Of a DNA stretch of 64,000 nucleotides, positions 1 through 10,700 are shown one piece after another (position 1 is the first letter of the stretch; the number at the start of each line of letters is the position of its first letter). Source of the stretch: Epithemia pelagica. Taxonomy: Eukaryota > Protista > Bacillariophyta. Location of the stretch: assembly GCA_946965045.2 (NCBI GenBank), contig OX337230.1, forward strand, positions 3,782,001 through 3,846,000. Direction: 5' to 3'. The translations under genes and the position numbers were made by a program. The notes beneath the pieces are model-generated. The model saw nothing but the letters and a program-made list of their open reading frames with translations, did not search any database and was not told the origin of the DNA.

Positions 1-980
1 ATTTCCCTCACCCCTCCATTTCCATCAACCAAGACCCTGTTGGATTGCTGTGTTGCTACTCCTTCCCGATTGGAACAAGGGCTGAGACACCAAGTTGGTG
101 CACCCATTTCCTTCACCCCTCCATTTCCATTGACCAAGACCCCGTTGGATTGCTGTGTTGCTACTCCTTCTTGATTGGAACAAGGGCTGAGACACCAAGT
201 TGGTGCACCCATTTCCTTCACCCCTCCATTTCCATCGACCAAGACCCCGTTGGATTGCTGATTTGCTACTCCTTCCCGATTGGAACAAGGGCTGAGACAC
301 CAAGTTGGTGCACCCATTTCCTTCACCCCTCCATCTCCATCGACCAAGACCGTGTTGGATTGCCGTGTTGCTACTCCTTCCCGATTGGAACAAGGGCCGA
401 GACACCAAGTTGGTGCACCCATTTCCTTCACCCCTCCATCTCCATCGACCAAGACCGTGTTGGATTGCCGTGTTGCTACTCCTTCCCGATTGGAATAAGG
501 GCCGAGACACCAAGTTGGTGCACCCATTTCCTTCACCCCTCCATCTCCATCGACCAAGACCCTGTTGGATTGCTGTGTTGCTACTCCTTCTCGATTGGAA
601 CAAGGATCAAGACACCAAGTTGGTGCACCCAATTTTCACTCCTCCATCACCATCGACCAAGACCTTGTTGGATTGCTGTGTTGCTACTCCTTCCCGATTG
701 GAATAAGGGCCGAGACACCAAGTTGGTGCACCCCTCTCCATCCCTCCTTCATCTACATCGACCAAGAAGACCCCATTGGATTGCTATATCTTGATTGGTG
801 GTTCTGTTGAAGGTCCGAGACACCAAGTTGTTGCGCCCCCATACTTCTATCTTCTATCTCTATCGACCAAGACCCTATTGGATTGTTGTATTTGCTACTG
901 ATTCTTGACTGGAAGGACCGAGACATCAAGTTGGTACACCCATATCCCTCACTCCTCCATCCCTATCGACCAAGACCCTC
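1..980. repeat. Tandem array, 105-bp unit, about 9 copies, degenerating rightwards; truncated by window start
   Basis: ATTTCC(C/T)TCACCCCTCC recurs at 1, 106, 211, 316, 421, 526. The ORFs over it are 35-aa periodic translations, not genes. Confidence 0.95.
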
Positions 981-1095
981 CAGGGTTTCCATCACGCAAG
1001 CTTGAGAAACGGTAGTATCAAGTTGCATCGGAACCCTGCATCGAAAGAAAATTTCTCCTCGTTCCTTCCCCAAGCTGATTGAATCGCACGTTAAT

Positions 1096-4000
1096 ATGGC
1101 TGATTCGGTAGAAGATTCCGATCGATATTTCCCAGACTTGATATGTTATGAATATACAATCGAGTGGTATCGTTCTGTTTATTCCAACACTGATAATTGG
1201 ACAGATTTCTCCACTACATATGGAGGTGAAACCATATTCGTATCCCTCTTGCGCTGTGGATCAAGTATTTTCAGTGATATCGCCTCGCATGCTGCTGTTT
1301 GTTTCCCGAAGATACTGAGACTTGTAGAGACGATCGAAGAACAACAAGAGGGAAACAAGAGTGACGGAGCTGGTAGTTTTATTTCACCAGGAATCGACCT
1401 ATTCGAACAAACTCTATATGGAGACGCACTTCGTCTGTGGGACAAGGAATTCCCGTCAACGACAAGATCAAAGTCGAGCGCAAGCTTTACTCGATCCCTC
1501 AAGGTGTTTCTTGGAGCCCATCCTATGCTCGCTGATATTGTCCTCAACTCGTATTCGATGGAGAGACGGCTTAATGTCGTGGCTGCAAAAATATTGGACT
1601 ACATGACATCTGATAGATCGAAGTTTCGGAAAGACAGAACAATAGCAGTCCGAGAAATGGTTTGGAGCGTTCAACATATGGCAGCTGTCTATCGGGTATT
1701 GGAATCTGACTCCTATGAAATGGAAGGAGTCGATGTTGAAAAAGCATTAGCCCTTACACTTCCTGATTGCTGGTTTCGTCCTTATTTTGACATACCAAGA
1801 GCTGCTAAGTATCCCGCGAACGACTATTCCAATTTGGCGGTTCTAATTTCATATTACCAGACGATGGAACGGGAATACGCTACAAAGACGAAGGAGTATC
1901 AGAAGGGGCGACATGAACAACGATCTCAAGACAGGAAACGCCGTAAACGAGCGTCAGACAGTAGATGTGATGGTGCAACAAGTTCTACCATTTTCACTGT
2001 TTCAAATAACGAGAGCAAATCACCATCTCAGTCTCTGTCAGCGACTGAGGAGGATCGGAGTTCCATTTTTGATACTCTTGCATTGAAAAAGAAACCACAA
2101 AAAGCAAAACAAGCGACGACAAAAAAATCTTCCTCTCAATCAAAGGTGGGTCTGTTGGAAAGTAAATCACATGTTGACCACGGTAGCGACAAACCTAAAG
2201 GAATACCAAAGAAACCACCTCCTCTCAAGAATAAACCTGGTCCATCAGACGACCTTGCATCTTTCACTAACGACCGTTTGATTCATATGGCTAACTGGTC
2301 CCTCAAACAGTCGATGTCAGCGATCAATGAAGCTTGGGATCTCTGTAAAGAAAGTGCCGTTAGACGTAAGGGAAGCATCCATGAAGTTGTTTTGCGATTT
2401 GTCTTTACCTGTGCTTGCTGTACCAACAAGAATGGTTCTCTACAACATGACAATGGGAAAATGGACGTCCTTTTTGTCCCACATCGCCAGTACAGACGAA
2501 ACCTTTTGCTACGGACGAATACTCAAGAGACGACTAAGTTTCAGGGGATCCCTCCCCTCATATTCAGGTCGATGCTTGTGCTGGTGGTTCATAAATGGCA
2601 CAACAAGTCCGTTTGCTTTGAGCAAATCGACGAAGATAGTCTGAGAATGGACACAACGACTGCAATGGATTTGAGTTTGTCATCTTCCGATACTACATTG
2701 GTCGTCGTCACTACCAAGTATGAAGCTTTTGATCCCGTCTTAATCCTCTTACAAGCACATCAAAGAGAAGTGTTGATATTCGATCCATTATCGACAAGGG
2801 ATATTCGCTCGTGGAGGCCTACAGTGATTCGATGTCTACGGAAACTAAGGCTATTGGACGACGAAAAGAAAATCCAATCATTCTTGAGCGTTGATATAAA
2901 GGAAGAGCTCGTTGGATGTGACTGGAGATTCATTTATAAGAAGTATCCGAATCCAGTGGCACCAAGTGCGTGTACGCTTCCCCAAGTATCAATCATATGT
3001 GTGATCGACGAGATCCTGTCAAAGGCGTCCCCTAATATGTCCTGTGATCAGATGATGGGGAAATGGGCTCAAGAATTGCCATCGTGTAGGCGAGAATGTC
3101 ACAAGGCCTGCAATCATATCGTGAGTACGGCTATCAATAAAGCGAAACGTGATTCCACTCTGCGTGTATGTTTCAAGGACGTTAATGACGATACACGTCC
3201 AAGGATCAAACGCAGTCGCCGGTTTATAATGGAAGGGAAAGATCGAGGGGAGGTAATGGAAGATATGCTGGATTCCGACGATGAACGATTCGAGGACATT
3301 AAAGTGATACAAGAGATTACAGAAGCGGACAAGGCGCTCGAACGACTTCACGAAGATCGGCGATTTTTGGATCTGGTACGAACATTGAACGATGAAGATC
3401 AGAAAGAGGCACTCTGTTCCACTTGTGGGACTTCATTGCTTAAAAAGGATCTGGATAGAAGTCAGACCTTTTCTATCGTGAGTTGGACAAGGCAAGAAAC
3501 CTCCAACTGTCCTCATTATCATTGTCCAACATGTACTTTCATCCGGAATTCGGTGAAGAATCGATTTTGTTCCATATGCGGTCATATGCATGCTGAGCTA
3601 ATACCACACGATCTACATGAGACAGAATTAATCGCGAAGAAAGACAAGACAATCGTCCTAGACGAATATGATGAAGACTCCGAGCAATATTGTGCCATAT
3701 GCCATGGACAGCGTCCTAACGACTGTCGGATCGAGAGATGCGGGCACAAGTTTTGTCGGGTGTGTCTTGGTCATGTCCTTACCACCGAAAAACAAGTTCC
3801 TATGGGGAAACAGAAATCGACACCTCCTGAAATGAACGAGAGTTGCCCTTTGTGCAACGGAGATATTGCTTCGATTACGTACACCAATGCACATGATGGT
3901 TCAGTTGAAGAAGTTGGCGTGTCAAAAGAGGAACATCGTGGTCTCTACAGACCGGTCCCTGTATTTCCAGAGACAGCATGGGGTCGTGTACCGTTGGAAA

Positions 4001-4107
4001 CTCTCCGTTTCATGAGTAAAAAACAACAAAAGGAGAAGAATAGGAGAGACCAAACTGAATCTTCTACTGTCACGATCAGTAACACAGAAGCGAAAAGGCA
4101 AGTCTGA
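1096..4107 (+). CDS. 1003-aa protein with two C-terminal RING-type zinc fingers (putative E3 ligase); possible degenerate Ulp1-like region in the middle
   Basis: Long uninterrupted ORF. CAICHG...CGHKFCRVC...CPLC is a C3HC4 RING, and CSTCG...CPHYHCPTC...CSICG is a second RING-like finger. Confidence 0.75.
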   Translation: MADSVEDSDRYFPDLICYEYTIEWYRSVYSNTDNWTDFSTTYGGETIFVSLLRCGSSIFSDIASHAAVCFPKILRLVETIEEQQEGNKSDGAGSFISPGIDLFEQTLYGDALRLWDKEFPSTTRSKSSASFTRSLKVFLGAHPMLADIVLNSYSMERRLNVVAAKILDYMTSDRSKFRKDRTIAVREMVWSVQHMAAVYRVLESDSYEMEGVDVEKALALTLPDCWFRPYFDIPRAAKYPANDYSNLAVLISYYQTMEREYATKTKEYQKGRHEQRSQDRKRRKRASDSRCDGATSSTIFTVSNNESKSPSQSLSATEEDRSSIFDTLALKKKPQKAKQATTKKSSSQSKVGLLESKSHVDHGSDKPKGIPKKPPPLKNKPGPSDDLASFTNDRLIHMANWSLKQSMSAINEAWDLCKESAVRRKGSIHEVVLRFVFTCACCTNKNGSLQHDNGKMDVLFVPHRQYRRNLLLRTNTQETTKFQGIPPLIFRSMLVLVVHKWHNKSVCFEQIDEDSLRMDTTTAMDLSLSSSDTTLVVVTTKYEAFDPVLILLQAHQREVLIFDPLSTRDIRSWRPTVIRCLRKLRLLDDEKKIQSFLSVDIKEELVGCDWRFIYKKYPNPVAPSACTLPQVSIICVIDEILSKASPNMSCDQMMGKWAQELPSCRRECHKACNHIVSTAINKAKRDSTLRVCFKDVNDDTRPRIKRSRRFIMEGKDRGEVMEDMLDSDDERFEDIKVIQEITEADKALERLHEDRRFLDLVRTLNDEDQKEALCSTCGTSLLKKDLDRSQTFSIVSWTRQETSNCPHYHCPTCTFIRNSVKNRFCSICGHMHAELIPHDLHETELIAKKDKTIVLDEYDEDSEQYCAICHGQRPNDCRIERCGHKFCRVCLGHVLTTEKQVPMGKQKSTPPEMNESCPLCNGDIASITYTNAHDGSVEEVGVSKEEHRGLYRPVPVFPETAWGRVPLETLRFMSKKQQKEKNRRDQTESSTVTISNTEAKRQV

Positions 4108-4230
4108 TCTATATTATTAGTACTCTCGATCAAAAGAAGAGACATTCTAGTTTCAGGTATTTGGCATTTCTATCCGCGTACTAACTATGTCTTTGTACTA
4201 CAAGAAGTTCGGAAACGACAAGCACACATC

Positions 4231-4655
4231 CTAGTGCCTCGTCCCTGGGTGTACCCATTACACCCCGGGAGCGCTCGTTGGGTACACCATTTCAACTAGA
4301 TAGGACATGACCAATATTAGGCCTACGGCAACATGTGGATGCTCAAAGTTAATCTTTAAGACATCCTTTAACAACATTTGATAGCCCATTAGACCTATAT
4401 ATGACATACCTAGGTCATATGAGCGCCTCCATTAGAGGCATGCGGCGTCTCTAATGGAGGTGCTCATATGACATAGGTATGTCATATATAGGTCTAATGG
4501 GCTATCAAATGTTGTTAGAGGATGTCTTAAAGATTAACTTTAAGCATCCACATGTTGCCGTAGGCCTAATATTGGTCATGTCCTATCTAATTGAAATGGT
4601 GTACCCAAAGAGCGCTCCCGGGGTGTAATGGGTACACCCAGGGACGAGGCACTAG
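4231..4655. repeat. 425-bp near-perfect inverted repeat (palindrome): ~207-bp arms, 11-nt loop at 4438-4448
   Basis: CTAGTGCCTCGTCCCTGGGTGTACCCATTACACCCC at 4231 is the reverse complement of the sequence ending ...GGGACGAGGCACTAG at 4655. About 6 mismatches counted by eye along the arms. Confidence 0.97.
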
Positions 4656-4707
4656 AGCGGAGGTGACATCCATAAAGAAGAAACATATTCGTCCCACTTT
4701 CGAAGAT

Positions 4708-5769
4708 ATGGCATCGGATCAGACGATTTCGAGACTCACATGTACACAGGAGACCTATGCCAAGTACGAAAAGAAGAAAACGCAACGTATAAGTGAAACA
4801 GTGGTCGCCATGTCGCATCGGAACGAAAGTGCACACGAAAGAATGTGCTACTTTGTCTTGGACAAGGACATCGATCGAATAAGGATGCTATCGCATCTAC
4901 TGCAGCGTTGCTTTGGAAGTTACGACGATCAAGATTGTTTTGGTTTGTCGTTCGAAAAAGAGATGATACAACGGAAGGTCGATATGAAAGATATCCCGAG
5001 TGTCTTTGCATGTATCCCAGAAATATACAACAAGGCTATGGATGATGTTGTGGAGACAAGAGATGACGTTGTCAGTCATTCGAACATTATACCAGAATGT
5101 TGTCCTATGATTGTAACTCAAATCCCGGTGGGTCTTGTAACTAAAACGATCCACAATGCATTCATATTGGAATGTACCTTGTCGAGGACAAGATATAGAG
5201 AAATCAGGAAAAAGACAACACATGTGTCGTCCTCTATATTCGAAGATCCTGTCATGATGATTCGGACTAACAAAAATTTATGTCTTGACGAAAATGATCA
5301 CCTCTTCAGAGATATCATTATCCTCTTCCCTTTGGCTGGGGTTTTTTATACATGTGTGCGTCAATTTCAAGAACTATCAAGGTCGTCCAACATCACATCG
5401 TCATCAGTCCCACTACCGTTGTCTTGGTTACGTCTGCGACACAAAGATGGCCAACCTGCAAGTAATGCATTCTTGAAAAAAATTCATCGTTGTTGGAGTC
5501 TAGATTGGGGTGAACATCTTACTAATAATGACAAAACTGTGAAGGAATGTTACCAATGGTCTGATGTGGAGGATGGGAGCCCACTTTTACCTCCTGACGT
5601 GTACCTCGATGACAAGGGAAAGATCGAAAAGCCAGGGAATAAACAGTCGATGACACATCACATGTCACGGGAACAATATCGAACAAGGCTGATTATAAAC
5701 AGGAATGACTCGGATAAGAAAGGGAGTCGGAGATATGTTAGTGGTGCTTTGCATCGAAACCTATGGTAG
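4708..5769 (+). CDS. Uncharacterised protein; probable N-terminal part of a longer TET-like gene
   Basis: First ATG outside the palindrome is at 4708. The ORF ends at TAG 5767-5769, then CAA, then the in-frame ATG 5773 of the next ORF. Confidence 0.6.
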   Translation: MASDQTISRLTCTQETYAKYEKKKTQRISETVVAMSHRNESAHERMCYFVLDKDIDRIRMLSHLLQRCFGSYDDQDCFGLSFEKEMIQRKVDMKDIPSVFACIPEIYNKAMDDVVETRDDVVSHSNIIPECCPMIVTQIPVGLVTKTIHNAFILECTLSRTRYREIRKKTTHVSSSIFEDPVMMIRTNKNLCLDENDHLFRDIIILFPLAGVFYTCVRQFQELSRSSNITSSSVPLPLSWLRLRHKDGQPASNAFLKKIHRCWSLDWGEHLTNNDKTVKECYQWSDVEDGSPLLPPDVYLDDKGKIEKPGNKQSMTHHMSREQYRTRLIINRNDSDKKGSRRYVSGALHRNLW

Positions 5770-5772
5770 CAA

Positions 5773-6651
5773 ATGTCGTCCGGTACACACCCAAGGCCAC
5801 TGGTATACGACCATCGTATTCGGGGAAACATTACTTTCATTGTTCGGACACGCCGAAATGATGGGAGACCAGAGTCACTTAGTTACATTCGAGTGACATC
5901 CCTGTTACGGAAAGACCAGACGTTGTTGGACCTATTACACCACAGAGCAAGGGAATTTACACGTACTGGGTCTCTGAGAAAGGCGGCCAATGCCAGATGT
6001 AATAAGGGAGACTTAGGATCTATGACTACTGTTGGTAATACTGCGGCAAGAGGAAACGGTTCTACTTTCGTTTCCGAGAAATTATTTACAAAGGACAAGA
6101 CATTATCGATGATACTGCCGAAAATAAGTACAGCGGCAAAAAGGTTCTGTGAACGCGAATATCCTGGGGTGATTCCAACATTCCGGTATCTAGAAGATTC
6201 AGCTGGCGAAGAAATGCCTAGTGAATTCGGAGGAAGAGTCGGAGGTATGACCTCAGCCATTACCCTGAGTTTGAACCTCATGAACACGACACACTATGAT
6301 GTTCACGATGGTTCTGTTTCATTCGCAATCTGGACAGAGACAATCCCAGGTGACTCCCAAAATTGGTTCTTTGTTTTGCCGAATATTCTTGTGGAGTATG
6401 ATGGTACTACATACCATGGTCTTTGTATACAACTATTTCATGGGGTTTCGGTTCTATGGGATGGACGTGTGATCCGGCATGGAACGTCAATACACACACA
6501 AAGACAACATACAGATGGGAACATGAAGAACGACACTATTAGTTGGTTTTGGGCAGTAAGTTCCAGGTCTATGAATGCAACTGTCAACGAAACAAGAGAG
6601 GACCATGGTATAACCAAAACGGTTCAAGGCATTCGTAGCGGAACATTATAA
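5773..6651 (+). CDS. TET/JBP-like 2OG-Fe(II) dioxygenase domain
   Basis: G.M...G motif (GDLGSMTTVG); N..HxD..D (NTTHYDVHD, H at 6292, D at 6298); WFFVLPN; distal His in LWDGRVIRHGTS (6478). This is the double-stranded beta-helix layout of TET/JBP-type enzymes. Confidence 0.7.
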   Translation: MSSGTHPRPLVYDHRIRGNITFIVRTRRNDGRPESLSYIRVTSLLRKDQTLLDLLHHRAREFTRTGSLRKAANARCNKGDLGSMTTVGNTAARGNGSTFVSEKLFTKDKTLSMILPKISTAAKRFCEREYPGVIPTFRYLEDSAGEEMPSEFGGRVGGMTSAITLSLNLMNTTHYDVHDGSVSFAIWTETIPGDSQNWFFVLPNILVEYDGTTYHGLCIQLFHGVSVLWDGRVIRHGTSIHTQRQHTDGNMKNDTISWFWAVSSRSMNATVNETREDHGITKTVQGIRSGTL

Positions 6652-6690
6652 ATTCTTTCTGGATGCATTCATCACCAAGGAAAAACAAAT

Positions 6691-7566
6691 TCAAGGAGCA
6701 TTCCACGTCTTTTGCTTCTTACGAGCACTCTGGTGTGGTACACCAGCAGCGTGTTTCTTTGGATTTTCCTGTGCTATGTGATAACATGCAGTAAAAATAG
6801 GCATATAGTTGCGAAAAGAGCAACCAGGTGGTGAAGAAATCAGCCACAATGCCCATTGTTTCTCGGTGTGAATGAAATGAGATGGACTACGCCACTTGGT
6901 ATCCTCGTCGTAATAAGGCTCCAATTTTTCTCTCCATACTTTACCGACCGTTTTTGTCAAGATGCCACAAGTTTCGGCTGGGATATATTCAAAAAAGGGA
7001 ATCTTTCTGTTTTTTCCAAACTTGTGGAAGTCTAACCACGCTTGGAATGCCTCTCTTAAAGTCATACAGAACTCCCATACGAAGGACATGTTCATGGATG
7101 AAGTACAGGGAGTCTTTGCACAAGTGGTATCACAAGATGAAGACGACCCAGGTACTTGTAAAGGACGGAAACAATGTTTGCATGTGTATATTGTTGCCCG
7201 TTGATTACAGGTGAATTTACCGCAAACAAGACATGTCTCGAGGAAGTTTTGTTTCCAGATGAAGGGTCCGTCAAGGAATTCCGGTCTGTCTGCCCATGTG
7301 CCCATCTGACACTGGTGCTCTTCTGTATATCCCTCTTGATTACCATTCATAATGGAAATCACATCAAGTCGTCCCTCGTGATTAATAATCTTGTCTACAA
7401 GATCCTTGAATTCGTTTTTGATTCCTTCGGCTGCCGCTGCAACATCTTCAGTGAGAACAACATTCCTATCGCTGCTACGAAGACAAAACGAAGTTTCAAC
7501 ATCAAATCTTGTATTCGAGATGAGATTCCATATTGCAACAGTATTCAACCAAGACGAGTCTTCCAT
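6691..7566 (-). CDS. Uncharacterised Cys-rich protein, paralogue of 11720-12991
   Basis: CxxC pairs (CLVCG, CKHC), then FVWEFCMTLREA...FIHTEKQWALWLIS...FRNYMPIFTACY, which aligns with the C-terminus of the 423-aa ORF. Confidence 0.6.
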   Translation of the reverse strand: MEDSSWLNTVAIWNLISNTRFDVETSFCLRSSDRNVVLTEDVAAAAEGIKNEFKDLVDKIINHEGRLDVISIMNGNQEGYTEEHQCQMGTWADRPEFLDGPFIWKQNFLETCLVCGKFTCNQRATIYTCKHCFRPLQVPGSSSSCDTTCAKTPCTSSMNMSFVWEFCMTLREAFQAWLDFHKFGKNRKIPFFEYIPAETCGILTKTVGKVWREKLEPYYDEDTKWRSPSHFIHTEKQWALWLISSPPGCSFRNYMPIFTACYHIAQENPKKHAAGVPHQSARKKQKTWNAP

Positions 7567-7729
7567 CTTTTATACGATATCGAACGGTCTTCTTGAAGAG
7601 TAATGGTACGAGGATTTCTGTTTGCGGTTGGAAGAAGATGTACTTCAGAGAAAACAACTGATCCTGACTATCTCTCAATTCTTATCGTTTTTATGGGGAA
7701 AAATTCAAATAACGCTAAGAATTTCTGAG

Positions 7730-10700
7730 TCTTGTTTGCTTTGTCATACGAATCAATGGAGGATGAAACGAGCGTACGAAATTTTTGGACGATGTCAAGG
7801 CCAACGCTATATCGGTATGGTCTATTGCAAGCCTTTCTCGTCACAGATCACGAGATCAGATACTATGGTATCCATAAAAATGAGACACTATGGGTCTCTT
7901 CCAAAATCTGGGCCGATTCCATGAAGAGAAGGATCTCTTTGCTCCATGTCCATACAATTTTGGCACGACGACAACGCCAAACCGATCTAATCTATTGCAA
8001 GCCTTTGTCTTGACGGCACATGAGATCAGAGCCTATGGTACACATGGCTATGATGTCCCGAGGATATGTACCAAGACCTGGGTCGATTAGATGAAAAGAA
8101 AAATGTCTTTGTTCCAAAAAGTCTATGGAAGATTGGGACGACGACAACACCGCACCGGTGTGGTCTACAACAATAATTTACGTCAATGATAGACGAGTTC
8201 AGCGCCTATGACGTCCATGCCTATGATACCGCAAGTGTCTGTACCGAATTTTGGAGCGCTTCAAGTCATAGAAGGGTGTTGTTGCTCAATACCCCTCATG
8301 GAAGGTTGAGACAACGAAAACGCGATACTGGTATGGCCTACAACGAGCCTTTTGGCCCGCGATAGACGAGATCAAAGACTATGACATCCATTCCTATGAT
8401 ACCCCAAGTGTCTCTATTGAAATTTGGAGTGATTCAAGTTATAGAAGGGTGTCTTTGCTCCATGTCCATGGAAGTTTGGTACAACGGCAACACCACACCA
8501 GTATGGTCTGCTACTAGACTTTTGGTCCATGGTACACGCGTTCAGAGCCTATGACGTCCATTCCTATAATACCCCAAGTGTCTCTACCGAAATTTGGAGG
8601 GATTCAAGTTATAGAAGGGTGTCTTTGCTCCATGTCCATGGAAGTTTGGGACATTGACAACACTACACTGATATGGTCTACAACGAGACTTTTGGTCTGC
8701 GATACACGAGTTCAGAGTCTATGACGTCCATTCCTGTGATACCCAAAGTGTCTCTACCGAAATTTGGAGCGATTCAAGTTATAGAAGGGTGTCTTTGCTT
8801 CATGTCCATGGAAGTTTGGTACATCGACAACACGTCTCCAGTATGGTCTACAACAAGACTTTTGGTCTGCGATAGACGAGTTCAGAGCCTATGATATCCA
8901 TGCCTGTGATACCCCAAGTGTCTCTAGCGAAATTTGGAGCGATTCAAGTTATAGAAGGGTGTCTTTGCTCTATGTCCGTGGAAGTTTGGGACATCGACAA
9001 CACGACACCGGTATGGTCTACAACAAGACTTTTGGTCTGTGATACACGAGATCAAAGACTATGACATCCATGCCTATGATACCCTAAGTGTCTCTACCAA
9101 TATTTGGAGCGATTTAAGTGATAGAAGGGTGGCTTTGCTCCATGTCCATGGAGGTTTGGGACGTCGACAACGCGACACTGGTATGGTCTACAACAAGACT
9201 TTTGGTCTGCGATACACGAGTTCAGAGCCTATGACATCCATGCCTATGATACCCCAAGTGTCTCTACCAATATTTGGAGCGATCCGAGTTATAGAAGGGT
9301 GTCTCTGCTCCATGTCCATGGTAATTTGGGACATCGACAACGCGACACTGGTATGGTCTACAACAAGACTTTTGGTCCGCGATAGACGAGTTCAGAGCCT
9401 ATGACATTCATGCCTATGATATCCCAAGTGTCTCTAGCGAAATTTGGAGCGATTCAAGTTATAGAAGGGTGTCTTTGCTCCATGTCCATGGAAGTTCGGT
9501 ACATCTACAACGCAACACTGGTATGGTCTACAACAAGACTTTTGGTCCGCGATCGACGAGTTCAGAGCCTATGACATCCATGCCTATGATACCCCAAGTG
9601 TGTCTACCGAAATTTGGAGCGATTCAAGTTATAGAAGGGTGTCTTTGCTCCATGTCCATGGTAATTTGGTACAACGACAACGCAAGACCGGTATGGTCTA
9701 CAACAAGACTTTTGGTCCGCTATAGACGAGTTCAGAGCCTATGACGTCCATGCCTATGATACCCTAAGTGTCTCTACCAATATTTGGAGCGATTCAAGTT
9801 ATAGAAGGGTGTCTTTGCTCCATGTCCATGGAAGTTTGGGACATCGACAACGCAAGACCGGTATGGTCTACAACAAGACTTTTGGTCCGCGATGGACGAG
9901 TTCAGAGCCTATGACATCCATGCCTATGATACCCCAAGTGTCTCTACCAATATTTGGAGCGATTCAAGTTATAGAAGGGTGTCTTTGCTTCATGTCCATG
10001 GAAGTTTGGGACATCGACAACACGACACCGGTATGGTCTACAACAAGACTTTTGGTCTGTGATACACGAGTTCAGAGCTGTCCATGCCTATGATACCCTA
10101 AGTGTCTCTACCAATATTTGGAGCGATTCAAGTTATAGAAGGGTGTCTTTGCTCCATGTCCATGGAAGTTTGGGACATCGACAACGCAAGACCGGTATGG
10201 TCTACAACAAGACTTTTGGTCCGCGATGGACGAGTTCAGAGCCTATGACATCCATGCCTATGATACCCCAAGTGTCTCTACCAATATTTGGAGCGATTCA
10301 AGTTATAGAAGGGTGTCTTTGCTTCATGTCCATGGAAGTTTGGGACATCGACAACACGACACCGGTATGGTCTACAACAAGACTTTTGGTCTGTGATACA
10401 CGAGTTCAGAGCCTATGACATCCATGCCTATGATACCCCAAGTGTCTCTACCAATATTTGGAGCGATTCGAGTTATAGAAGGGTGTCTTTGCTCCATGTC
10501 CATGGAAGTTTGGGACATTGATAACGCGACACATTGGTAAAGTCTATAACAAGACTTTTGGTCCGCGATAGACGAGTTCAGAGCCTATGACATTCATGCC
10601 TATGATATCCCAAGTGTCTCTAGCAAAATTTGGAGCGATTCAAGTTATAGAAGGGTGTCTTTGCTCCATGTCCATGGAAGTTCGGTACATCTACAACGCA

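Noticed and set aside
85-105. Common origin of the 105-bp and 170-bp units (GACACC...TGGT..AC in both)
   Set aside because: The match is too short to distinguish from chance by eye.
1-980. CRISPR-like array, or coding ORFs (25-603, 45-794)
   Set aside because: Units repeat in full with no unique spacers, there are no cas genes, and the context is eukaryotic. The ORFs are periodic translations of the repeat.
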